A stretch of 64,000 bases of DNA from Balanoglossus misakiensis (lineage: Eukaryota > Animalia > Hemichordata), in NCBI GenBank assembly GCA_040954595.2, contig CM082592.2:5880308-5944307 (forward strand). The letters are read 5' to 3'. The notes below the pieces were generated by a model. The model made no database searches. It saw nothing but the letters and a program-made list of their open reading frames with translations, and had not been told where the DNA came from. A program made the position numbers and the translations under genes. Positions 12,576-25,800 of this stretch are shown here, piece after piece (positions within the stretch are counted from its first letter, which is position 1; every line of letters begins with the position of its first letter).

Positions 12576-14880
12576 ATGACTGGCGTGTCGCCTTTTCTTC
12601 TCGGCTGGGTATTCTTTCCCGTGCTCTACAGTGCGGCGAAACGGATCACAGCATCCTATGTCAGGGACGACGCAAGCATCGCGAAGATTGCAGAAAAGTA
12701 AGATGGTCTAGAATTTGTCGACAAGATCGAAATGTCCTCCAAAGATCAATGCTGAATACTAGTATACTAGACATGAATACCGAAGGACAGGCAAGCGAAT
12801 TGCATGTCTGCGTGAAAGCTTACTTGCCCTTTCCTTCGTTCATATGAAAATCACATTTGTAATATGTCTTTTGTGTTGTTAAAGGGAATCATAACAGAAA
12901 TCATGTAAAATCTATTACCGCATTCTGAATGTGAAATTGAATAGTAATCACAACTTGAACTTTAATTGGCCGCGGTTGACTGAAAAGTTCACGAACTTTG
13001 TACGCGTCCCCTAAAGATCAGACGCCTATGTTTACTATTAACTTTGTTAACAGTCTCAAGAGTGTACATTATCAACAGTTTGCGGCAGTTTAAACAAACG
13101 TGTATGTTTTTACGAAATTGACAAAACCACTGGTGGCTTACGTAAGAGCGGTCAACTAAAACCTGCAATCCGCGTGCCGTGCACCAAATTAAATCTGAGA
13201 AAGCTAGCTCAGTTGTGAAATTTTATTACGATAAGGATTAGAGCAATTAAACTTTTGGACCAATTCGTGAACACTGTGCCTTTTTGTAAACATCGCAATT
13301 ATACCATTTCTGTAATTTCTTCTACTTATTGGTCACGGTGAAATTTAATGATCATTTTTCCAGATCAGTTTCCATTGTGCAAGCAATCATGGCGAGTATA
13401 GCCGGTGTGGTTATTGCCACATCCTGTACCAATGACATCATGTACGACAGGTAAGCTAAACAGATGTTATAATTAGGGTGTTTGTGTCTATGGGGAAAAT
13501 TAGCATATTCGGCATAAGAATGGAATAAAGATGATTGAGTTGAGATTAAAATATTAAAATTATAATCACTTCCAACGACTGTCAATTGTGTGGTCTGTCA
13601 TTTTTTGAATGGTAAGTCACACATGTGTGCATTGTTTCTAACCACAATAACAATATATTTCTCTTTCCGACTGATTTCTAGGCATTGGCTTGTTGAAGCG
13701 TACATGCTATTTGCACTGCCCTATCAGATGTACGATATCTACGCCATGTACACAGTGCATCTTCTGAGAAATTCTCACCTGCAATCAAAGAAAATTCAGA
13801 CTGCCGTTTTGGACTTTGTGAAAAATCAACCAATAATGGTGTTGCATCATCTTTTCATCATTTTCTTCTTTTTTCCTGTTGCGTTTGTAAGTCATGTACT
13901 CTGGTACGTTTATTCTGTCAAAAGTCTTTATTTTGGTGACGTCATGTCATCTTGCACAGATTTATTCCTGAATAGAGTTCAAAGGTCACAAGAATTCACT
14001 TATTTTTAACAGAAATGTCACTGGAAAAAAAAGAATACACATAAATCAAAAGATTATAATAGATAATTGCTACCAAAATCATTTTGGAAAAGGACATGAA
14101 ATGAACTAATATAGAAGACTGAAATGTGAAAATTGATGTTTTAAAAAAATGGCTATGATTATCTACATATTATTAAAGTTGCAAAATTGAAGTTTTGGTG
14201 TACCGATCTTTAACATTTTTTACTATGTATCTTAATCATACAGTTCCTTCGGAATGGCAAAGGAGATTTCTTTGTGGGCTGCTTCTTTTTTGTTGAAATG
14301 GCCAATCCATTTATGAACTTCAGGGCAATATTGAAACAGGCAAGTATAATCATTATGATAATATACAGGCGTTCTCAATATTCCACAACAAATGCATGAA
14401 CACTGCCCTGAAAGCATTGTGTGCTAAACTGTAAAGATTTTTAGCTCTAAATAATGTGACTTGTAACACCGGTAAAAAAAATCATTAAGTCAAAACTCTT
14501 GTGGCTGTGTGTGGTTGACTTTTGACCCACAATGCAATTCACCATCCTGTGACTAAACCCCCCCCCCCCCTCCCCAACATATTGTTCCCTTGCTCGTCTT
14601 ATAATTAAAATCTCATTTTTTGCAGTTTGGATACGAGAACACAAAGATTGGCATCGCAAACGGCATAGTGTTACTCATCACATTCTGCATTTGCAGAATC
14701 CTGATATTTCCGTTTATATACAACGTCTATGGCAGACCCAGGGACCTGTCCATGTGGCAGGTGGCATTACACATTCCGGTCAAGTGCAACGTCGGCTGTG
14801 CCATCATCCTGGCTTTTAATCTCTACTGGTTTTATCTCATCCTGGGAGCGGCTCACCGAACTGTCAAAAATCTCAGGTGA
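12576..14880 (+). CDS. TLCD3: TLC-domain protein 3 / FAM57 (ceramide-synthase-like membrane protein), 254 aa; exons 12576-12697, 13364-13450, 13682-13886, 14244-14339, 14626-14880
   Basis: Spliced frame gives VSIVQAIMASIAGVVIATSCTNDIMYDRHWL...PYQMYDIYAMY...MVLHH...GKGDFFVGCFFFVEMANPF...CRILIFPFIY...FNLYWF, matching FAM57A/B. Exon lengths sum to 765 nt. Intron 4 is GC-AG. Confidence 0.9.
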
Positions 14881-17291
14881 AGAAGTCAGGGTAACCATAA
14901 CGACAGATGTTATTGTTCAGCGAGATCATAATATACACATCACCTCAGGGCTGTATAGGGATAAAACTGCATCAGAGAAAATCTTGACATATAGGCAGAA
15001 AAATCCATTGACAAGATCATACGGCGCTGTTCAGTGGATTAATCTTCGAAAAATGGGTCCGTCCACCTGAAGATCCATTCAGATGATGACGCAGGATTGA
15101 CAGGTTTATTTTCCCAGTATCTAGCATTTGCTATCTGATTTGACTAGCCTGGAGTTTGTCACTCCTATCAAATCCGTGTTCATCTCTAAATTGAGTGTAT
15201 TTGGACCAATGAATGTCCTTATAAAAAGAACCGGTACAAATCAATGCATAGACCCGTCATTTAGTATTTAAAGCTGGGCTGCTTGATTGTGAGATTTGTA
15301 CAATATGGCCGTCAAACTTGAAGGAGCGACCTATCATTTTTTTTATGAATGCCAGTGTAAAGAGTCATCACTGGGCTCCTTTATTCATGTCAATTTGTAT
15401 GATCTATCTGTCATGTCAGTATAAAAAATCTCAAAGCCACTGACAAATTCAATTACACTGTTCTACAGTACTGGAGTTTGAAGATGAGATAACATTTTTT
15501 GGGGTCAAAAACAAGTCATGTAACATATTTTCAAGTTGACCCAAACAATAAATGCAAGTTGTCAGAACGAAATTTTGATATATACACGAGTCTTTATTAA
15601 TGCCTTAATGTGACAGCACAACTGAAAAATGAATGTCAGGGTCATCCCTATTTAATCCACGAGCCTGATGACAGGGGTTGCAATTTTGAAAGCAGTATAT
15701 TTTGTTACCATGATAAAAACATCCTTGGATAAAAAATTGGTCCTCTTTAACAGCCAAATTTACGGCTAACTTACGGTAGTTAACACAATTACTAAACATT
15801 TTTATATACCAGGGGATAGGCAATGACTTCACCTACAGTATAACCCTCTGGCTTTCTGACACACTGATTGGCTCAACAGCTCATTATGCATGCACACATC
15901 AACAACCAGTCAAATCAGTTGGCTCATCACGGCCCACAATGCCCATGGCAAATACCAATCACATGTACTCAAGGTAAAATTACACAGAACTTGTTTAATG
16001 AAACTCGAGTCTGACCAAAACAGGTCACATTGAATGAGATACATATCTACTCATTTAAGTAACAACTTACACTGTTTGACAGAACTTGATTAAGAGCTAC
16101 GGCAATGGCTTACCCCAATCTGATTAAAATCAGATGTAGAGTTAAGCGCTGTTGATAGCTGCACTGTTCTCTCTGTTTTGGCTGTTCTGTTCTCTGTCTT
16201 GGAATCGGCAAAAGTAAAAACATTGCCTAACTCTACATCTGATTTCAGATTGGGCTGACACAAAACTATGAAAGGATACAAAACAAAAATCAACAAAATG
16301 ACAATGATATTGGGGGTGTGAGGCTTCTTGTAGATATGGATGAACATTTCCTTGTTCTTAGTGCACGCAGTGTTTTGAAACTCATCCATAATTGTGAACT
16401 TGACAACAAATACTACATATTTCAGAAGTTTACTAGCAGTAGCCTACCGATCTTCAAATTGCCATTTTTAAATATTTCAGTTTGACTCCAAGGAGCCTGA
16501 GAATGCAGTTGTATATCACAGTTATTACTGACATTGTGAATACATGCCATATTGGAAAGTTTCTTGAAGATGCAACTTTGATATGCAAATTTTACTATCA
16601 CATTAACTGCCATCTACTAGATGTACAAGCTCAATTTAGAATGCTTTGAAAACAAAGGTAAAAAAATTATCCTCTGGAAAAAAAAACGGTGGTTGAATTA
16701 TTGGAGAAGTTGAACTATAGGAGTGATTACAGTATCTTGAGATATATATATAATTAAATTAGACTTTCCTGGTGAGGTAAGCAGACTATGTATGGCTAAT
16801 GCACATTGTTGTAACTGGTGTTTTGTGTCAAAGTGACTGACTCGTTTTATTGCAAGTATGATCCATGATAATGAAAGTTGAAACTAACGTATCTCAGTGA
16901 CCTTTGACCCCTTCACAGTGTGGCGACTCGTCACAGGACGAAGACTCATGAAAAGTTCACATACACCTATACGAGGAAACAAAAATTTACAAACACACAA
17001 CTGCATAAATACACAAGGGTAACGATAAGGGACCGCCCATTTGACACTTTCGGGGGAGGGGAAATGTTCTTTAATTCTTATTCTATCATAGAGAGACACA
17101 ATAGTTACAAAGGTCTCCAAATTATTCCAAAGTGTCAACTGAGCGGTCCCTATGCACAAACACAACATGTTGGTGATAGTACATTAAGTTAACAAAATAT
17201 TTTAGGTATTCCAGTCAAGAGGTGTCTAATTTTTGTCATAGAAAATATACACATCTCCAGATATTTATTTTACTTAGAAATTAACATCCAA

Positions 17292-20200
17292 CTATAACTT
17301 GCAGAGGCAAAAGACTGTGGGGACAAAAAGGCCAACTGCTACAATTATCGGAAACATCATACTGCTTTCGTCTGATGCGTATGGATCTACTGTTTTAGGT
17401 CCTGAGGTTTTTCTCTTTTTAAGTTCCTTTTTCACTTCCTTCTCCTCTTCCTCTTCTTCCTCTTCGTCATCAAGGTCAAGGCCAGGGATGGGTGGCAGTT
17501 TTGGAACATCTATCACACAAAAAAATACATCAACAATGATGCAAAATGCAAAGAAGATGCACACAGGTTAGAGAATTTGACACCAAAGTTATGGTGTGAG
17601 CATGGCCTTCAAAAAAATCACGCACAACACATCCGGATGTTCCTTGCATAAGTACGAGATCCAACAGGTGTCAATTTTGACAGACAGGATATCGTGGACC
17701 AGGCTACCTTCAAGAGACCAATTATTTAGATGGGGACTGTCTTCACAGATAAAATACAATTGCAAAAAGAAACCCACTACCATAAGTAGCAACTGGAAAA
17801 TAATACTCACCATCTATCGTGCCTCTCATAACATACAAGGCATTCACTTTTGGATTATCTCTGTAACCCTACAAATATACACAGAATATTGTTAGTGCAG
17901 TTCACAGAACACCAAGTGTAAATTCAAATTGTAGGGTCACAAACCATTATGTTGCTTAACAAAGCTTTGTGAAAATTAGAGTAATTTTGACAATAAAACT
18001 AGCTTTCTCATTAACCACTCTCATTGTAAATTCATTGCTTGAACGATCACGGTTTCGAAAATCATTGATGAAGATCATTGAGCCGAATTCAAATGATTCT
18101 AGTTTACTCCAACTGTGAGTAGTTTTTTCAATTAGTAAAACATTGTGCTTTGATGCACAATACGTGCAGAATCATCTTGTAAAAATGATGGCAAAGAAAA
18201 TAAGAAAAGTTTGTCTTACCTTTATAAATTCTACAAGTAAAGTCCCGCTGAACGTCGACACCTCGCCCTGCACTTTGAGCTTTCCTCTTGTTATTGTAAA
18301 AGGAATAATTTCATCATGGGCTGTCCCTCGTCCAACTTTGTCATAAATGTCTAATTCTGCCACCACTGTGTGTTGTTCGTTGAGCACTACATCGAATACC
18401 TGCAAGTGGAAAATATCAGATTGTTGGATTAATCACCAGCTCGCATCAATCATCATCACTGGCAGCCGTTCTGGATCAGTAGTACATACAGTGTTAGTTA
18501 TACACAAAATGCTAAGCTTTGCACTTACAGATCCTGAAAACACTACCTAGATTATAGTAAAGCTAATGTGTGTAAACAGGGGGATATTCGACGCTAGAGG
18601 TAATTCTTGGTAATGTTGGGGGCAGGGCTATACCATGTCATCATTTTGTCAAGGTATTGGTGCACTGACTATATATAAATGTGGGTCAACAACAAAGCTG
18701 ATAATTCCATGGCAATTATATGATTAAAACCATGGGCGGTTATTACTTATATACAAAGCACAACATGGGTCCTACAGGAGGGGGATTTTCTCCTACTAAA
18801 CCTACATTTTTACAGCTAGATATTTTTATTGAACTCACAGCTGACTATTTTCTAGTGGCGACTGAAGCAGTTTGCTTTAGTATATAATGTGTCTGTTACG
18901 AGTTTATCTAAATGATAATATAGATTCAATTTTTTCCAATGAAAATGAGGATGTTATAAAAGAAATCAACAGGTACTTGTGAACTTGTTAATGACTATTT
19001 GTTCTCAGGCATCAGTGTCAATGACTGATTCTCTTATATTCATAAGAGATATAGAGCTTTTGTGATGTGTACTGTTTTTTTCCCCTTGACACTTTTAAAA
19101 TGACACCATCATCCTGATGCAGCTGTATACTAGTAATTGCCTGCAGGATAGTGGATGAGAAACCAGTGAACCACATATCAATGTCAATTTAGTATTGTAT
19201 TATACAACAGGTATCTTAATGTTAAATTTATGATACAAAAAATGTATTACAATAGGTTGATGACCTTTTTGATTAATACCAAATTTCATAAATTATTCCT
19301 AGCATTAATGATACCTTCTTTTCCTTGTAATTTGCCTTCGCCTATAAACAGGAATTAATGTTTACAAATGCAACTGGATACAAAATATTCAGTTTATTAC
19401 GAACATTTGTAAACACAATATTCCCTTTTTATTTAAAGGAAATAAAACACGGCAATGCAAAAGTTAACCATTTTTGTATTGGTTTTGAAAATAAGAAAAC
19501 CAACAACAGAAAAAAAACCTTAATTAAGGAGAGTCTCAGGTTATCTGCTGCCTGGCACTATCTCTTAGGAATTCAAACAAAGTATCTGTATGTCATGAAT
19601 GGTTCATGTGAAATGCTCTGTTGCCTTTTGTGATAAGAGAATTCTGATTATAGCTTTGGAAGTGTTGAGCAAATTGAGCAGAAAGATATTTGTAGTCTAG
19701 TGCTACTCGAGAGATGATGCCTAAAATTCACGCTTTCAATCATCTTAAAAACCTTTATATAAATTATTTAGATAATTTTCTTAGTATTAATTAATATTAT
19801 AAATGGCAAAAACATTAAAATAAATTGGTGTACATGACTTATTAATACATGAAATGCGGGATAACCACTTAAGATCAAATTATCATAATTTCAAAATAAA
19901 TGCAATTTTTGGCAGCTGGTGGATTTTATCACACTGGGTTCTGCAATGTGAGTATGTCTTTCAAATTTAATCATATTTATTTAATTATTCATTCATTTGT
20001 TTATTTTGCGCTGAGCATTTATCAATATCGCTGCGCTGCAAGCAGTTGCAGTTCACTGGGTTTCTCTAAGACACCCAGGCTCAGCCAATCAGCTCTCACG
20101 AAGTGGCAGAAATTTCCAGAGCAATTTTCCTGTGTGAAGGCTAATTTGAATACGTCTCCCATTATCGGATCATTATTGTTATGATTATAACAGATCACGA

Positions 20201-21823
20201 TGTCACTGAGCTGTACAGTTATCATTGGTTCCCTGACAATCTCTAATAGCCTGTGTCCTTTGTTATAAAAATTAGTTTTAATTTCGGTTGGGCTGAAAGA
20301 AAATATCTTCTGACAAGCAGCTGACCTTTACTGCGACATTTAACTGCATATTGAGTTCCTAAAATCCACAGGTTACAACTCCATTTGAGGTTTGAGCATT
20401 TTATATAATGACAAAAGGAAGATCTACAAGTGACAATTAAAATATGGGAAGTACTGACAAAACAAAACCAGTACATGTATACATAACACGTACTGAACTT
20501 CACATGCCCTTTAATAATTTTACGTTACGTACACATGTTACTGTAATGTTCCACACACATAAGGTTATGCACACACTTGTTGGCACAGCTTGGGATTTTT
20601 CTCCTATAATATTCAGTGCCTGTCTAGTCTTCCTCCCATCAAATATACCTTCACAAAGCCACCAGATGTTATTATATAATATGGATAACTTGCTCAATGG
20701 AAAAACCATGTTATCCTCACCATTTTTATTTGACCTGGTGAACCTCAGCAAAACTGAGGATCCATAAACATGAGATGAGGTTAAATGACTGTGTCAGGTG
20801 TCTGGTATCATAGATGTGCAGGAGAGCTTATGCATAATACAACCATGCTGGTACTACCATATTGACTTATAATCATAATTGAAGATTACATATACGGTAT
20901 ACATATTATTTTTAATAACATGTATACTGTTATATCAGTTTCAAAGCTGGTTATGGTATATTTAATAAGGTCTGCAGTCTGGCCATTAATTAGATGACAA
21001 GTACATCTATCTTCAAAAATTGCAACATTTTGCTAGCATATTATGTGGATTTTTAAATATCTGCATCAATACCAGCTCAGGTGCCTTTGGAGGTGCAGTA
21101 TGTAATATACAGCTCCACGCAGAGATATGTCGAAGGCAATTTCAAAAACGGTCGTAGTTGTTGAATATACATGTACGATATTTTAACAAAGAGACAAATC
21201 GCATTTACTGATTAAGAACTATCTCATTTATCTCATCCATACGATTAGAATGCGTGGGTGTTTAAATGAGACCTGCGACCAAGTAAATTAGAAATGTCAA
21301 AAATTTATTTCAGGGGAGGGCTCTTTTCATAAAAATATTTAACAACAATTGATCCAGCATGACTTCAGGCGAGTTGTATTACGTTGACTTAAAATAATGC
21401 AGCTTCCGCGTTCCCTTTCACGTACGTGTACGTACACCGGTGTCCGTACGTGATCTCATTCTCCCAGCTCACCTTTTGGTTAGACGCTGTGAAATATACT
21501 TCTGCAAATTTCATCACCAGAACATAATCCCCATCCTCCTCGATTGGTACTTCGTATCCAAAGGTATCCAAGTCGTATCTTTCCGTTTGGTACAACAGCT
21601 GATCCTGTGGGGCAACTCGGTTGATATGCAGCATTTTGCCATAATCAGACGCGACGCCTTGGATATTATGCAGTGGATCTGGCTGATAAAACACACCGTA
21701 ACTATCCCTGTGCTCGTCTCCACCGGCGTTGACCGCAAATATTACCTCGCCCATTACATCAATAAAAGTTGTAAAACCGATTAAAAATAGCACACTGAAC
21801 AGAATATGCATTAAAAGCTTCAT
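17292..21823 (-). CDS. MLEC: Malectin, 268 aa; exons 21473-21823, 18220-18399, 17811-17868, 17292-17509
   Basis: Signal peptide, VIFAVNAGG...ASDYG...LYQTERY...[10 protein letters not shown]...VFDVVLN...LDIYDKVG...DNPKVNA, acidic stretch and C-terminal TM ending FCLCKL. Canonical splice sites, frame closes. Confidence 0.96.
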
Positions 21824-22613
21824 TGTAAGAAATTTTTAAGAGATCAGTACACAACAACAAGTGACAGCGTGGTCTACAGCTGGTCGATCACTGATTTCAA
21901 TACGTCATTTTAAGTAATCGATTCAAAATATTTCAGAAAATGCCTGTGGTTACTATAATTATGTGTTACTTGAAACACTATCAAAGCAAAATATATATTT
22001 AGGTAGAATCATGCCAAATACATTTGTCATTCATTTATTGCTATTTTTAAGGTTGCGTTAGCTGACGAATGTAACGGTTGAGAAATGTAAATTCACTTTA
22101 ATTCCCATGTTACCTTGCTATCAAATATGGCTGCGTCCATACTCCAAAGAATCTTTTCTTGACTGCAGTCTTTCCTCGCAGACGAGAAACAGACAGTTGA
22201 ATAACGTTCAGTAAAAAATTTGGTGTGGGTACGTATGTAACTTTAAGAAAATCACTATCTAGAAATACATGTAGTAGTTTTTGAAAGAAATGCAGTAATG
22301 TGTCGATAGGACAGAGCCCAGCCCATGCGAGTTGTTGTTGTCGGCGGAACGGCATGGGACACCGGACGGGATGTTTTTACACGCGTTGCCCCTCCCACCA
22401 CGTTGCTTGGTGACCTAGTGGAATGAACTGCAATCATCACAGCCTTTCCTTCTTTTCCGGTGTTGTTACTTTTTTTTCTTCCCACAACGATCATGGATCA
22501 CGGTGCAGCTTCTTATAAACTGTACAAACATTTTGGCTTGCACTCAAGTTTCAGAAAGTACTTCTAAGTTCTAGCTGTTTATGAAACCTTGAATCCAGTC
22601 ATTGATCTTTCTG

Positions 22614-22712
22614 GCTGTGGTGGCAACGCAGCTGTACCGTTGGGGGGGGGGGGGGCTGCTCAGCTGCTTCTCAGCCCCCCCCCCCCCCACGGTACAGCTG
22701 TGTTGCCACAGC
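22614..22712. mobile_element. ~100-bp fold-back (MITE-like) element with poly-G/poly-C arms
   Basis: GGCAACGCAGCTGTACCGT-T-G14-CTG ... CAG-C14-ACGGTACAGCTGTGTTGCC forms a near-perfect inverted repeat around a short loop. Confidence 0.65.
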
Positions 22713-22856
22713 TATCGTCTTCCATGCAATTCCAATAAATGAATGAATAAATTAATAACTTTTTAATTAATCAACAAAGTTTACCGATTATACTCCTAAA
22801 GAAAAAACAACACAATTCATCAATTTCATCATTCCAGATAAGCGCAAGAATTTGCC

Positions 22857-25800
22857 ATGACTGTGTTGGAGCACATCATATCAGGGCAGATCAGTGATCC
22901 GGTATTTTACACCATAACAGCCGTCCTAGCATTGGTCATCTCGTGGATGATTTATACCAGGAATAGAAAATATGAAGATGTGGCAAAGGTCAGTGAATGC
23001 TGGAAATCTGAGTATAATACAGCCTATTACTGATCCAGGAGTCCAAGAGTTGATAAATCACTTTTCTGATGCGCGAGAACAAGTGGTCTTCTGCAGAAAG
23101 TGTTCTCAGTTTCTCGTAACTATTACCCATGAGTGCAAGAAATATGGAGTGTTCGAAAATAAGTTTGTGTCATGTTCTAATTGCAGGATGATGAGCCCCG
23201 ATCAACAAATGCAGTGGAAGAAGTCATCAACAATGCACATCCTTCAATCAAAACAGACAAAAAAAGTTTGAAGATATTCTTCGCATCTCAGACCGGAACA
23301 GCAAAAGTAAGATCTGCATACATTATTATGTACACTTACAATGTACTATTATTTGCCAAAACAACAGAACACTATATCTTACACTTTATCCTATTTTGTT
23401 TTTACAGCATTTTGCGGATTTACTGTGTCAGCATGCTGAGAGATGTGAAGTGAAATCGGAAGTCATTGATTTACAGAATTACGATCCTGAGGATAATCTG
23501 AGTGATGAAGTAAGTGTTAAGAAAATGTGTCGTAAAAATCATATGTCAGCAATTAACATCAGTTTAATGCAATGCAGGCTGAGTTGACGCACCAGATAAT
23601 GGATGTACTGGAACTCAACCCTCACTTTCAAAGAACACTTATTGACGTGAATGAAGTTACAGTGGATTCTAGTATTTTGGCGATTTCTCTTTTCACAGAC
23701 TGATTCTCAAAAGATCTGCATTTTTTTGGTGTCTACGTACATCAGCGGACAACCTCCTGAGAAAGCAGCCTGGTTCTTCAAGTGGGTGGAGGAGGCCAGC
23801 AATGATTTCAGGGTTCAGAAGACCATGCTGAAAGGCATGCAGTATGCGATATTTGGACTGGGAAATTCAGAGTACAAAGAAAATTACAACAGAGTAAGTT
23901 CTGTATTTTGTACAGTTACAGTTTAGTGTAGTAACCACCTCTGTATTGCTTGCATTTATAAACTAACATAGATCACATGATACACCACTAAAATGGAATT
24001 CTGTGGGTTTTTTTAGGTAAGCAAAAATCTCGACATATGGCTGTCAGCTCTGAGTGCATCGAGGGTTATGGAGAGAGGGGAAGGCAATGAAAATGTAGCT
24101 GAGAGTCTGCATGCAGGTAAGAAATAGATATCACATTGTAGATGAGTGTCTTGACCAATAGAACAAAAAAAAAAAGAACCCTGATACACATGTCTGTCTT
24201 GCTGCCAGGTATCGAAGAGGACTTCCTTGCGTGGAAAGAAGAGCTCTTCAGGAAAATTCTGTTGGTGTTACAAGGCAAGGGGGAATGCTGCCAAGGGAGT
24301 GATCGAGACTGTCAGTGTCAACAAACGTCTGATGTTAAGGAAGAGGTAAGCACCTTCATCCGAATCTTCACTTTCAGGTAATATGCTGTGGAAGTGTTAA
24401 CTATATGCATCAGCGATTGACAGCTGGCACAAGACCATACTCTCTCCCCTTACCTCTCTTTGTCAGTCATGACACAGGCTTGGCTCTGTTCTTTTATCGA
24501 TGCGTAGGAATTTTACGAGACGTCAAGTGATGAAGATGCAGACGACGATGAAGAGTTGGACGGAGGAGCAGGCGGCGACGGAGTGAAGAGAAGTGATGGA
24601 GTGGTGGATCTTGAAGATCTCGGCAAGATGATGGGGAAGATGAAGATAGCCAAGGTAGAGGCACTGTCTCCTCTTCGCTCACATCCATTCTTTAAATCTC
24701 CTTTCTATATTTTCAAGGCGATTTTGTGACCACATTATAACGTATTTGTGGGGTTGTTTTTTTTCTCTCTGCTTTTTCAGGCTGAGACTGGAGGGGTTAC
24801 CAGAAATGGTGTTCATTCCAGGAGATCCAAGACAGAAAAGGCTGAACCCAAGGAGATGATCACGCCATTGCTAAGACAGTCACTCACAAAGCAAGGTAAG
24901 AAATAGAATCTGCATGTTGTCATCAGACTGACTGTATAGCTCTCTCTTTTAGCTATATTATAGTGCTATATGTAGTTAGATCAACACTATACATAGAGCA
25001 TAAACATGATATATTTTATCGTAGGTTACAAATTGATTGGCTCTCATTCTGGTGTGAAGCTTTGCAGATGGACAAAGGTTAGTCAGTTTTTAAATTCTAA
25101 CTGTAATTAAGACACTTGCGGTAGCTTTTCTCCTACACACGCATACTGGCGGTCTCTGTATTCTTGGAGAGATGAGTCAACCAGTCCGTGTTAACGTATG
25201 AGACACAACGTTACATGTGAAAACAATAGTTAAATTGAATCATGTTCAAAAATGTAAAAGGTTTCATTATCATTGAAGCTAAACTGTGTTGAAATTACAG
25301 AATTGCAAGAAAAACTGAATTTATAATCAATTCAGTGTGGGGTACGTACAGCTTGAAGATTTCAAAAGTAAAACACTTCCCGTTTTAATACACAGAGCAT
25401 GTTGAGAGGTCGTGGTGGTTGTTACAAGCACACGTTTTATGGCATTGAGAGTCACCGCTGTATGGAGACCACTCCGAGTCTGGCGTGCGCCAATAAATGT
25501 GTTTTCTGTTGGAGGTAAGATGAATAAATTTGGATTTGTATAATTTTGCATCTACGGACGGATTGAGCCATGTTTTATTCTGGTGGAGGAAATGGCACAG
25601 TGATGTATGGACATCCGGCTGTTCTGATGACCTGTAAGAGCTGATACAAGAATATCACCAGAGACAATGATTTTGCATGTCATTGTTTACCTGCAGACAT
25701 CACACGAATCCTGTCGGCACAGAGTGGAAATGGAAAATGGACGAAGCACAGACGATCCTAGACGGGGCGATAAAGAATCATCAGCAACTCATTAAACAGT

